Below are positions 1 to 8,302 of a stretch of DNA of 64,000 nucleotides, one piece after another. Origin of the DNA: Desulfobacterales bacterium (GTDB taxonomy: Bacteria > Desulfobacterota > Desulfobacteria > Desulfobacterales > UBA11574); the NCBI GenBank assembly GCA_030145345.1, contig JAQYVT010000004.1, positions 992-64,991 of the forward strand, in the 5' to 3' direction. The notes beneath the pieces were generated by a model. That model ran no database searches, was not told the DNA's origin, and saw nothing but the letters and a program-made list of their open reading frames with translations. How positions within the stretch are numbered: the first letter of the stretch is position 1; each line of letters opens with the position of its first letter. Both the position numbers and the translations under genes were made by a program.

Positions 1-1020
1 ACCGAATGCGTCCAGAGAATCATCATAACCGATCTTATTTTTAAGGACCGCGACACTGTAAAATCCGACAATTCCGGCCACAAGCCCGATGATCAGCGAT
101 GCCTGAAGATTTACAAACCCGGCCGCCGGCGTTATGGCGACCAGTCCTGAAACAATACCCGATGCGAGTCCCAGTACTGTCGGCTTTTTGTTGACCGCCC
201 ATTCGGCGAACATCCATGACAACCCCGCTGTGGCCGCCGAGGTATTGGTCACCAGGAACGCCGATCCGGCTACCCCATCGGCAGCCAGCTCACTCCCGGC
301 GTTAAACCCGAACCAGCCGAACCACAGCAGGGCCGCTCCCAGACTTGTCAGTGCGATACTCGATGGGAACATGGCTTCCTTGCCGAAACCGATCCGTTTA
401 CCCAATATCAGGGCCAGTACAAGCCCGGCAACCCCTGCGTTAATGTGGACCACGGTGCCGCCTGCAAAATCAAGGGCGCCCATGTCGCCCATCCATCCGC
501 CACCCCATACCCAATGAGCTATAGGAGAATAAATGAAGGTAATCCAGAGAACGGAAAATACAATCCAAGACGAAAACTTCATCCGGTCGACCACGGAACC
601 TAGGACCAGGGCAACGGTAATGCAGGCAAAGGTCATCTGGAAAAGGACGAACACATACGTGGGGATCGTACCGGAAACGCTGCCCACATGGATGCCTGAA
701 AGCAAGAAATGATTCAGTCCCCCTATGATACCGTACTTTGTGGAACCGAAAGCCAGGGTGTATCCCCACAGCATCCAGACGACACTCGAAAGGCAGTACG
801 CCACGAAGGTCATTGCAAGGGTATTCAGAAGATTTTTATACCGCGACATCCCGCCGTAAAATAGGGCGAGACCGGCCGGTGTCATCATCATGACCAGCGC
901 GGTGGAAACCATGACCCACGCCGTATCTCCGGAATTAATAACATCTTCTCCCGCAAATACTGAAGACACTGGAAGAAAAAAGAAAATGGAAATAAAGATC
1001 ATTTTTTTAAATTTCATCAT
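1..1020 (-). CDS. amt: Ammonium transporter (Amt family), C-terminus runs off the left edge of the window
   Basis: Not in the ORF track because no stop lies in the window. Reverse translation from ATG 1020/1017 gives MMKFKKMIFISIFFFLPVSSVFAGEDVINSGDTAWVMVSTALVMMMTPAGLALFYGG..., the typical Amt N-terminus. The frame stays open to position 1. Confidence 0.9.
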   Translation of the reverse strand, partial: MMKFKKMIFISIFFFLPVSSVFAGEDVINSGDTAWVMVSTALVMMMTPAGLALFYGGMSRYKNLLNTLAMTFVAYCLSSVVWMLWGYTLAFGSTKYGIIGGLNHFLLSGIHVGSVSGTIPTYVFVLFQMTFACITVALVLGSVVDRMKFSSWIVFSVLWITFIYSPIAHWVWGGGWMGDMGALDFAGGTVVHINAGVAGLVLALILGKRIGFGKEAMFPSSIALTSLGAALLWFGWFGFNAGSELAADGVAGSAFLVTNTSAATAGLSWMFAEWAVNKKPTVLGLASGIVSGLVAITPAAGFVNLQASLIIGLVAGIVGFYSVAVLKNKIGYDDSLDAFG

Positions 1021-1098
1021 ACGCTCCCTGCACATTTAACCCGCTGTTCATCGTTTCTGTTTCTTGACGAATTCTGCCTCAAACTAAACCCCTTTAAC

Positions 1099-1113
1099 GC
1101 AAAGGGTGTGCCA
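1099..1113 (-). promoter_or_regulatory. Sigma-54 (-24/-12) promoter for amt
   Basis: The minus strand reads TGGCACACCCTTTGC, with GG and GC spaced exactly as in the consensus TGGCACG-N4-TTGCW. It lies about 80 nt upstream of the amt ATG. Nitrogen-regulated amt genes are classically sigma-54/NtrC dependent. Confidence 0.6.
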
Positions 1114-1408
1114 CCGGAGCATTCCCTTACGATTCTTATTGTGTAGCCCTTTGTAATCCCAGGGAAAATTTAGATATTACGGATCGTTTCTTTTGTTTGC
1201 GCAATGCTGTTTTAAAGCATTTTTACAACATTATTGTATTTAATCTAATCAAAATTAACAAATATGTAATTTGTCGAGAATTCAGCTTAAAGGGGGTATG
1301 AACATTTATAAACATTGACTTTTGTGCTAAAGGTAATGCATCTTTTCCCAAAAGAAGCGAAACATTAACGCTTAGGCCTTGAAAAGGCTTTTCAATAAGA
1401 GATTTAAC

Positions 1409-1912
1409 ATGCTCAAACAGAAATGTTTACAGGCCATTTGGCAATGCAGCGCCCTGATCGTTTTTGCTTCTCTGCTGGCGTTTTCCATCAATTACTTGCG
1501 AAATGATCGCTTACAGCTGTTCGGCAACGGGTCCCCGGAAGCCCGGCTGATGGACCCCTCCGGCAAACGGCTTGATATATCTTTGCCTGAAGCAAAAAAG
1601 TTGTTTTTACAGCAGTCCGTTGTTTTCATCGACGCCCGTCCTCAGGACGATTATGAAAAAGAACACATCAAAGGGGCACTCGGTCTCCCCTGGAATGAGG
1701 TCGACCGGAACTTTATGCGGGTGACAGAGGATATTTCTCCGGACACACCGATCATTACCTATTGTGACGGAGAAACCTGCGAATTGAGCCACAACCTTGC
1801 AATCTTTCTGCGCGATATGGGCTTTCGTAACGTCAGAATACTGATAAACGGATGGGCCCTTTGGAAAGAAGAAGATCTTCCCATAGAATCCGGCAAGGTC
1901 AACGGCGGTTGA
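1409..1912 (+). CDS. Membrane-anchored rhodanese-domain sulfurtransferase
   Basis: Has an N-terminal hydrophobic anchor and a rhodanese-like core with an active-site-loop Cys (YCDGETCELS). The track ORF starts at TTG 1379; ATG 1409 is the more likely start. Confidence 0.7.
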   Translation: MLKQKCLQAIWQCSALIVFASLLAFSINYLRNDRLQLFGNGSPEARLMDPSGKRLDISLPEAKKLFLQQSVVFIDARPQDDYEKEHIKGALGLPWNEVDRNFMRVTEDISPDTPIITYCDGETCELSHNLAIFLRDMGFRNVRILINGWALWKEEDLPIESGKVNGG

Positions 1913-1952
1913 ACATTTTCAACGGGCACCCATAGTAGGGCCAAGAGAAAAA

Positions 1953-2417
1953 ATGGATAAAAAAAGAAAAAACCTTTCCCGCTTTCCATACTATGTCGCA
2001 CGATGGATTCTGGGAGGGGTATTTATATATGCCAGCTATGACAAGATCTTGCACCCGGCTGGATTTTCCAAAATCATCTATAACTATCAGATCGTTCCGG
2101 ATGGTCTCATAAATTTAACGGCTCTGGTCCTGCCCATGCTTGAGCTTATAATGGGAATCTTTTTTTGGATCGGGTTCTGGATGCCGGGTACGGTTATGCT
2201 GAGCAATATCCTGCTGGTATCGTATATGGGGGCATTGACGTTTAACCTGGCACGGGGCCTCGATATAAATTGCGGGTGTTTTTCCACGTCTTCGGGGAGT
2301 TCCATTAACATCGAAACTATTTTATGGGATGCAGCTTTTCTCCTACTTTCAGTCTGCCTGACCGTTGCTGTTTTCGGGTCGGAAAACGGCCGTGCATCAA
2401 AACAGATCCATGGGTAA
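1953..2417 (+). CDS. MauE/DoxX-family integral membrane protein
   Basis: Four hydrophobic segments and a C-terminal CGCF motif typical of MauE-like proteins. Paired with the rhodanese gene. Confidence 0.6.
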   Translation: MDKKRKNLSRFPYYVARWILGGVFIYASYDKILHPAGFSKIIYNYQIVPDGLINLTALVLPMLELIMGIFFWIGFWMPGTVMLSNILLVSYMGALTFNLARGLDINCGCFSTSSGSSINIETILWDAAFLLLSVCLTVAVFGSENGRASKQIHG

Positions 2418-2503
2418 ATTCACAAAGGGAACATCCACGGCTTCTTCCACGGCATCATCCACCTAGGCCTTGCCCGTACAGCGATATTCCATCGATAATT
2501 TGT

Positions 2504-3766
2504 TCACCTTCGATACAGGCTATCAAATACATTCCAGAAATCCGGAAACGATTTTTCAACGCACGTTTCATCCCGGATAACGATACCCGGGGTTTTAAGT
2601 CCGGCAAGTGCAAAACTCATGGCCATGCGATGATCCCCGTACGTATCGATTTCAGCACCATGGGGGCGGCCGCCTTTGATTTCCATGCCGGTTTCGCTAC
2701 AGCTTGCGTCGATACCGATTTTGGAAAGCTCTTTTACAACAGACCCCAAACGATCGCTCTCTTTGGCTTTCAGGTGCCCCACATTTTTGATAACCGTAGT
2801 TCCCTTTGCAAAGGCCGCAACAACGGCCAGCGTGGGAACCATGTCCGGCATATCGGACATATCCGCCGTAATCGCCGAAAGGGGTCTGCCCGAGACGGTA
2901 ATGCCGTCCGCCCCATGATCGATGTTACACCCCATTTTTTCGAGAAGTTCGGTAAAACGGACATCACCTTGCCGCGATATTGTTGTGGTTCCCTTTACTT
3001 TGATATCCGAGCCGGATATTGCGGCAGCCGCCCAGAAATATCCGGCCTGTGAACAGTCCGGTTCCACTTCATAGGATCCTGCCCTGTAGATCTGTCCCCC
3101 GGCGACACTGAAATACTCATAACCGTCACGTCGAACTTCAATGCCGAGTTCTTCCATGACATCCACCGTCATATCCACATAAGGTCTGGATACGGGCCCT
3201 TCGATGACATTTATTTCAACCCCTTGTGTTGTGTAAGGCGCTATCAGAAGCAACGCAGAAAGGAACTGGCTGCTGACGCCGCACTTGAGCGCAACACCGC
3301 CGCCCCAGACTTTACCCCCTTTGACTTCAACAGGCGGACATCCATTGGCCTTTACCGACCGTGCGTCCACCCCCATCTGGACAAGACCGTCCAACAGATC
3401 CTGGATGGGCCGCTCTCCCATCCGCTGGGTCCCCGTAAGGGTGTAAACCCCTTGTCCCAGAGCTGCCACGGCGGTTAAAAGGCGTACTGAAGTTCCGGAA
3501 TTTCCAAGATAGACAGGATCGATACAGGGCTTTAACATCCCTTTTGTACCGTGCACCACAAAACGGTCATCCTTTACATGGATGTTTATGCCCATCTGCC
3601 TTAAAGCACCCAGGGTGAGGAGGGTATCTTCGCTTTTAAGTCCGTTGTATATGGTGCAAATCCCGTCAGACAGGGCTGCAGAGATGAGTATCCGGTGCGT
3701 ATAGCTCTTTGAACCCGGAACAATGACTTCACTGTTATGAATTTTCTGGGAACTTATCTCAATCAT
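2504..3766 (-). CDS. aroA: 3-phosphoshikimate 1-carboxyvinyltransferase (EPSP synthase)
   Basis: 420 aa. N-terminus reads VPGSKSYTHRILISAALSDG, with full-length EPSP synthase similarity. Confidence 0.95.
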   Translation of the reverse strand: MIEISSQKIHNSEVIVPGSKSYTHRILISAALSDGICTIYNGLKSEDTLLTLGALRQMGINIHVKDDRFVVHGTKGMLKPCIDPVYLGNSGTSVRLLTAVAALGQGVYTLTGTQRMGERPIQDLLDGLVQMGVDARSVKANGCPPVEVKGGKVWGGGVALKCGVSSQFLSALLLIAPYTTQGVEINVIEGPVSRPYVDMTVDVMEELGIEVRRDGYEYFSVAGGQIYRAGSYEVEPDCSQAGYFWAAAAISGSDIKVKGTTTISRQGDVRFTELLEKMGCNIDHGADGITVSGRPLSAITADMSDMPDMVPTLAVVAAFAKGTTVIKNVGHLKAKESDRLGSVVKELSKIGIDASCSETGMEIKGGRPHGAEIDTYGDHRMAMSFALAGLKTPGIVIRDETCVEKSFPDFWNVFDSLYRR

Positions 3767-3780
3767 CGAATGGGTACCCG

Positions 3781-4773
3781 TTACTTTTCCGTGATGGACT
3801 CTTCTATCTTGATACCGAAATGACGTCCGCCCGCTTCCATGGCCACCAACACCTTGTCGCCGGGAACAAGGCTCACAACCGATACGGCATTGCCTTCGGG
3901 ATCGGTGAGCCGGATGGTTTCCGCGTTCTGGACGATGGTGGCAATCTCTTGGCCGTCAAAGACTGCTTTTATCAGCATCAACGGACGTTTCTCGATCTTT
4001 AAACGACCCACTATACCGGTTGATGTATTTCCTTTAAAGTCAACGATCAACACCGAATCTCCGGCCGAAAGCTCTGAAAGGTACCTCGTTTTCCCCCCTG
4101 GAATCCGGGTGTATGAATGCACCGGACCTGCATTAACCCTGAAAGGTCTTGGAGAGACGTACGGGTTGAAAATGCTTTCGGAATGAATTAAAAACAAAGC
4201 ACTGCTGCTGTTTCCCACCAGCATCCCCTGGCCCATGCCCATGGATGTGCAGGTATCCACACAGACCCGATCTCCCATCCCCACAGGTCTGACCTCAACG
4301 ATCTCGGCAGTCTGAAGGGAAATTTTATCTCCTTCCGAACGAAGCCAGGAGAGCACCTTTTTCAGTTCCACCACATCGTCTGGGTGGAAAAGAACGTGCC
4401 CCACGCCTTTTTCGAGAATACCGAAAGCCGTCTGCGCCTCGTCAAGATTCTTAACCTGGGCAATGACATCAGCGCCTTTGGCGATCAGGTTCTCAAGGGG
4501 GATAATGGTCCAGTCGCTGCATTGAAGAATGACACGTTTTGTCTGACTGAGCTTCGTAATTTCTTCTTCATCCTCGCCGCTTTTGATCTCGAAAAAAACC
4601 ACATCTTTTCCCAGCTTTAAATCACCGTCTTCGGAAATGGTCTGAACCCTTCCCAGAGCTTTTACTTTTTCGGAAAATCCCTTTGGAACCACGATACCGT
4701 CTGCACCGCCTTCAAGTGCAGTGGTCACCATGTTCTTGTCCCAGGGATCCACCTTTACCCATATCTTTCGCAT
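3781..4773 (-). CDS. 3-dehydroquinate synthase II (archaeal-type, AroB-prime)
   Basis: 330 aa. The MRKIWVKVDPWDKNMVTTALEGGADGIVV N-terminus is typical of the MJ1249-like DHQ synthase II family. Adjacent to the ADH synthase gene and aroA. Confidence 0.85.
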   Translation of the reverse strand: MRKIWVKVDPWDKNMVTTALEGGADGIVVPKGFSEKVKALGRVQTISEDGDLKLGKDVVFFEIKSGEDEEEITKLSQTKRVILQCSDWTIIPLENLIAKGADVIAQVKNLDEAQTAFGILEKGVGHVLFHPDDVVELKKVLSWLRSEGDKISLQTAEIVEVRPVGMGDRVCVDTCTSMGMGQGMLVGNSSSALFLIHSESIFNPYVSPRPFRVNAGPVHSYTRIPGGKTRYLSELSAGDSVLIVDFKGNTSTGIVGRLKIEKRPLMLIKAVFDGQEIATIVQNAETIRLTDPEGNAVSVVSLVPGDKVLVAMEAGGRHFGIKIEESITEK

Positions 4774-4808
4774 TGCATTGTTCCCCTTTTAAAACCTCGA
4801 CCCGAATA

Positions 4809-5606
4809 CTATCCCAGAATCTTCAGTGCATCTTCCACGCTGCTGTCATCATGGACGATGGCGGAGATCGCACGTACCATGCGCGTCGGGTTTTCATGCT
4901 GAAAAACATTCCTGCCGATGGAAACACCGGCACCGCCGGCGTCGATGGAACCTCTTACCATTTCGAGGATATCCCGATCGGAATCCATTTTAGGGCCGCC
5001 GGCAATCACCACGGGAATCGAACAACCGGCCACAACTTCTTTAAACGTTTCCACCGAGCCGGTATAGGATACCTTGACAATGTCCGCACCCATCTCTTTT
5101 CCAACACGTGCAGCATGTTTTATCACGTTTACATCATACTCGTCCTTAATTTTTTCCCCTCTGGGATAGATCATTGCAAGCAACGGCATCCCCCATTTAC
5201 GGGCCTCACTGCTGACCGTCCCAAAATCATGCAGCATCTCTTTTTCCTGCCCGTTCCCAAGATTTACGTGTATGGATACGGCATCTGCACCCAGTTTGAT
5301 CGCCTCTTCGACGGTACACACCAGAGTTTTGACATTGGGATACGGTGAAAGACTGGTAGATGCAGACAGGTGGATGATCAGACCGATATCTTTACCCTTC
5401 CCGCGATGCCCTTCACCCACAAGCCCTTTATGTTCCACGATGGCATTTGCGCCCCCTTCCGCCACTTTTTGGATGGCATCCTTCATATCCTTCAGGCCGT
5501 CGATAGGGCCCATTGAAATGCCGTGATCCATTGGAACAATTACGGTTCTCCCTGTATTCCGGTTTTTTATCCGCTCGATTCGGATATGTTTGCCTAAATA
5601 CGTCAT
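4809..5606 (-). CDS. 2-amino-3,7-dideoxy-D-threo-hept-6-ulosonate (ADH) synthase, DhnA-type class I aldolase (AroA-prime)
   Basis: DhnA/MJ0400-like sequence ([31 protein letters not shown]). I chose ATG 5606 as the start because AGGAGG sits 7 nt upstream. The track ORF start at 5699 would read through the terminator hairpins. Confidence 0.8.
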   Translation of the reverse strand: MTYLGKHIRIERIKNRNTGRTVIVPMDHGISMGPIDGLKDMKDAIQKVAEGGANAIVEHKGLVGEGHRGKGKDIGLIIHLSASTSLSPYPNVKTLVCTVEEAIKLGADAVSIHVNLGNGQEKEMLHDFGTVSSEARKWGMPLLAMIYPRGEKIKDEYDVNVIKHAARVGKEMGADIVKVSYTGSVETFKEVVAGCSIPVVIAGGPKMDSDRDILEMVRGSIDAGGAGVSIGRNVFQHENPTRMVRAISAIVHDDSSVEDALKILG

Positions 5607-5623
5607 GTTACAATCCTCCTTTG

Positions 5624-5660
5624 AAAACAAAAAAGGCCGTGAAGTTTTTTCTCCACGGCC
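5624..5660 (-). terminator. Leader terminator hairpin T1 (proximal), immediately before the operon RBS
   Basis: Minus-strand GGCCGUGGAG-AAAAAA-CUUCACGGCC (10 bp including one G-U pair) followed by UUUUUUGUUUU. The RBS and ATG 5606 follow about 15 nt later. Confidence 0.6.
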
Positions 5661-5663
5661 CTT

Positions 5664-5702
5664 AAAAACAAAAAACCGTGGGGTTTTCTGTCTACCCACG
5701 GT
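5664..5702 (-). terminator. Leader terminator hairpin T2 (distal)
   Basis: Minus-strand ACCGUGGG-UAGACAGAAAAC-CCCACGGU (8 bp) followed by UUUUUUGUUUUU. Confidence 0.6.
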
Positions 5703-5730
5703 TATTTTCGCTTTGCAAGTTGTTCTTGTA

Positions 5731-5808
5731 TCAGCGCACCCCAGGCAGACTGGTATTAAAAAAATACCAATAATAAAAATAATACCTGCCCGATATATTA
5801 TGCACCAT
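5731..5808 (-). CDS. Candidate attenuation leader peptide [25 protein letters not shown]
   Basis: ATG 5808 is preceded by AAGGA with 8-nt spacing. The ORF is 25 codons with TGA at 5733-5731. Codons 9-17 (5784-5758) are nine consecutive aromatic codons: 5 TAT, 3 TTT and 1 TGG. Confidence 0.65.
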   Translation of the reverse strand: MVHNISGRYYFYYWYFFNTSLPGVR

Positions 5809-5845
5809 TTATTTTTTCCTTATTTTAAATAAAATTCTTGCAACC

Positions 5846-5872
5846 ATTATCTTATCGACTTTTTCATGTCAA
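5846..5872 (-). promoter_or_regulatory. Candidate sigma-70 promoter for the leader and shikimate operon
   Basis: The minus strand has a perfect TTGACA (5872-5867). Then either N15 to GATAAT (5851-5846) or N17 to TAATGG. It lies about 40 nt upstream of the leader ATG. Confidence 0.35.
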
Positions 5873-5916
5873 GACTTTTTTGTGTCTTGTCGATCCAGAA
5901 TATGGGTGTCACGCTT

Positions 5917-7122
5917 TTATAGCGGAACCGCTGCCTTGTAAAAGGTGGCATTTCCTTGGATACGGTACTTTTCCACAACTGCAGGGATAACAATCGATTT
6001 TCCCCGCTCAACGAAAACGTTTTCATTTTTGCCAAGGTCCGTAATCGTTGCACGCCCGTCTGTGCAGAGGATGATTTCAACGCTCCTGCGGTCGGCGCTG
6101 TGATAGCCGATCTCTTCTGTTACAGAAATAACAGACAGGAAAAACTCTTCAGCAGGGGTTTCATATGCGAATTCACATTTGTCGATTTCACCGGCAAAAA
6201 GGATGTTTATTTCACGTTCTTCAAAATTAAGAACGTTCAAGAGCTCCTGAACATCGATATACTTGGGGGTCAGCCCCCCCCTTAATACGTTGTCCGAGTT
6301 TGCCATGAGTTCTATTCCGACGCCATCCAGATATGCGTGAAGTTCTCCGGACGGAAGAAACATGGCCTCACCGGGTTTTAGACAGATCAAATTCAACAGT
6401 ATAGGGGAAAACACACCGATATCCTTCGGATATTCCTTGTGAAGATCGATCATCCATTGATAAGCCGCGTGGTTATCTGCAAAATTTTGTACCTTTTTTA
6501 TGGCATCCGCGATGATTTCCGCCCGCTGCTTTTCATCCAGGGTCATCAGTGCCTGAAAAAAATTTTTTAACCCCATGGAATCCGGCTGTTCACGGAGAAG
6601 ATCGAGGGTCGTTTTCAAACCCGGGGGGCAAATTTTGTCCATCAGAGAATGGATGTCGGAAATTTTTCGAAACCCATTCAAAGCCCAGAAATCGGTCATT
6701 GCACAGATACACTCGGGTTTGTGGTTATCATCCTTGTAATTACGGTGGTATGCATCTAAAGGAATCCCGAGTCTGTTTTCCCTTTCAAAACCTTCTTTTG
6801 CCTGAACCCGGCTGGGATGGGCTTGAATGGACAGGGGTTTTGCCGCTGCCAGCACCTTGAAAAGATACGGAAGCCTGTTATCAAATTTTTCAGCAACCTT
6901 TTCCCCAAGAATATCTTGCGGATTTTCCGAGATCAATTCCAACACGGAGCGCCACACACCATCACATTTTACCATAGAGGGTGCCTTGGGATGAGCGCCC
7001 ATCCATAGCTCTGCCTGGGGCCTGCTTGCCGGAGCGTCATGGCCGAGAAGTTCGGGAATGGCGGTGTACGACCCCCATGCATATTCCTGAACGGAATTTT
7101 TCAGTAAACGGATACGGTCCAT
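5917..7122 (-). CDS. manA: Mannose-6-phosphate isomerase, class I
   Basis: Type I PMI similarity from MDRIRLLKNSVQEYAWGS onward. ATG 7122 chosen because the upstream extension to 7176 lies inside repeat copy A. Confidence 0.85.
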   Translation of the reverse strand: MDRIRLLKNSVQEYAWGSYTAIPELLGHDAPASRPQAELWMGAHPKAPSMVKCDGVWRSVLELISENPQDILGEKVAEKFDNRLPYLFKVLAAAKPLSIQAHPSRVQAKEGFERENRLGIPLDAYHRNYKDDNHKPECICAMTDFWALNGFRKISDIHSLMDKICPPGLKTTLDLLREQPDSMGLKNFFQALMTLDEKQRAEIIADAIKKVQNFADNHAAYQWMIDLHKEYPKDIGVFSPILLNLICLKPGEAMFLPSGELHAYLDGVGIELMANSDNVLRGGLTPKYIDVQELLNVLNFEEREINILFAGEIDKCEFAYETPAEEFFLSVISVTEEIGYHSADRRSVEIILCTDGRATITDLGKNENVFVERGKSIVIPAVVEKYRIQGNATFYKAAVPL

Positions 7123-7139
7123 TATTTTGCCAATTCCAA

Positions 7140-7333
7140 TTTGACGGCTTCGTAAAAAGTCTTTTGTGAGCGACATCGAGCAATTTTGGAGAAAGATTCA
7201 TGATGCGTCTGGCGTTAAAAGTTGCAAGCTGTTTGAGGGCGTTAGCCCGAGTTCTTGCAATTTAGCCAGACGCATCATGAATCCCAAAATTGCTTGCGGA
7301 GCGAACAAAATCAGACTTTTTACGAGTTCATCA
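7140..7333. repeat. About 194-bp long-hairpin palindromic intergenic repeat, copy A
   Basis: Nearly identical to 17512-17704 and 60144-60326. The termini CGTAAAAAGTCT...AGACTTTTTACG are inverted repeats. Internal arm pairs are GCAATTTTGG/CCAAAATTGC, GATTCATGATGCGTCTGGC/GCCAGACGCATCATGAATC and TTGCAAG/CTTGCAA, around a GGGCGTTAGCCC centre. Confidence 0.9.
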
Positions 7334-7499
7334 AATTTCCCATGTAAAATCTGTAAAAAAACCAAAACCGTCCAATAAGACCCAACAGGCTACAGATATC
7401 ACACAATGCCATGATAGGGCAAATGTTCGTTTACTTCCGAATTTCAACTTGATATAAATACAGGAATCGAGCCAAATTAGCACGAAAAGAGGTTTCCGT

Positions 7500-8144
7500 A
7501 TGACACTTTTAGTGAACGAAATATTCCACAGCATACAAGGCGAATCCATTTACAGCGGCCGGCCCTGTATATTTGTCAGGCTCACCGGATGCAATTTAAG
7601 ATGCACATACTGCGACACCCGCTATGCCTATGAAGAAGGGGTAGAGATGGAAATTGCCGAAATCACCCGCCGTGTGGCCGCCTACAACTGCCGCCTGGTT
7701 GAAATTACCGGCGGAGAACCCCTACTTCAAACCGAAACGCCGCTTTTAATTTTCAGGCTGCTTGAAAATGGATATGAAGTCATGATGGAGACCAACGGAA
7801 GTCTCGATATCAGTAAAGTCGACCCAAGGTGTGTAAAAATCGTCGATATCAAATGCCCCTCAAGCGATGCGTCCGAAAAAAATGATCTGGAAAATTTAAA
7901 AAGATTAAATCCCAAAGACCAGATTAAATTTGTCATCGGAAACCGCACAGACTACGTGTATGCCAAAAAAACAATCGAGTTGAATCGCCTGGATTTTTCC
8001 AAAGATCACATTCTTTTTTCTCCGGTATCCGGAAAAATGCCGCCCGCAGACCTTGCACAATGGATACTTGAAGACAACCTGAACGTCAGGCTGCATCTTC
8101 AAATACAAAAGATTATATGGCCTGACAGGGAAAAAGGCGTATAA
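7500..8144 (+). CDS. queE: 7-carboxy-7-deazaguanine synthase (radical SAM)
   Basis: N-terminus NEIFHSIQGESIYSGRPCIFVRLTGCNLRCTYCDT carries the QueE CxxxCxxC-type cluster motif. Confidence 0.9.
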   Translation: MTLLVNEIFHSIQGESIYSGRPCIFVRLTGCNLRCTYCDTRYAYEEGVEMEIAEITRRVAAYNCRLVEITGGEPLLQTETPLLIFRLLENGYEVMMETNGSLDISKVDPRCVKIVDIKCPSSDASEKNDLENLKRLNPKDQIKFVIGNRTDYVYAKKTIELNRLDFSKDHILFSPVSGKMPPADLAQWILEDNLNVRLHLQIQKIIWPDREKGV

Positions 8145-8302
8145 CCCTAATTGAGCAAAAGTTTAGGATGCCCCAGATCCAAGGCATCAAGGACCAAGCC
8201 CCGCTGATAAAGCGGGATAAACCTTCCTCGTCTGCTGCGAGCCCCCGATAACGAAATGGAACATGCGGTCAAGGCAGTTGGCATCGTGTAGCCGGAAATC
8301 AG

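Noticed and set aside
134-769. ORFs 134-517 (+) and 470-769 (-) at the left edge.
   Set aside because: The real gene here is the minus-strand Amt transporter in another frame. It is missing from the track because it has no stop within the window.
2324-3052. A 242-aa plus-strand ORF. Similar antisense ORFs lie at 4683-5348, 16648-17541, 26164-26895, 36256-36825 and 57464-58078.
   Set aside because: Each is antisense to a confidently identified gene (aroA, ADH synthase, crotonase, ampG, gspE/pilB, rpsB). Their translations are Arg/Pro/His-rich nonsense.
5590-5832. An 80-aa plus-strand ORF across the shikimate-operon leader region.
   Set aside because: It is antisense to the leader peptide and terminators. 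It exists only because the A/T-rich runs are stop-free in that frame.
7166-7378. A 70-aa ORF (MSDIEQFWRKIHDASGVK...) repeated at 17538-17753 and, in shorter form, inside 60144-60326. It could look like a conserved small gene.
   Set aside because: It lies wholly inside the palindromic repeat. It starts with GTG and has no SD. Its 'conservation' is simply the nucleotide identity of the repeat copies, and it runs out of the element into unrelated flanking sequence.
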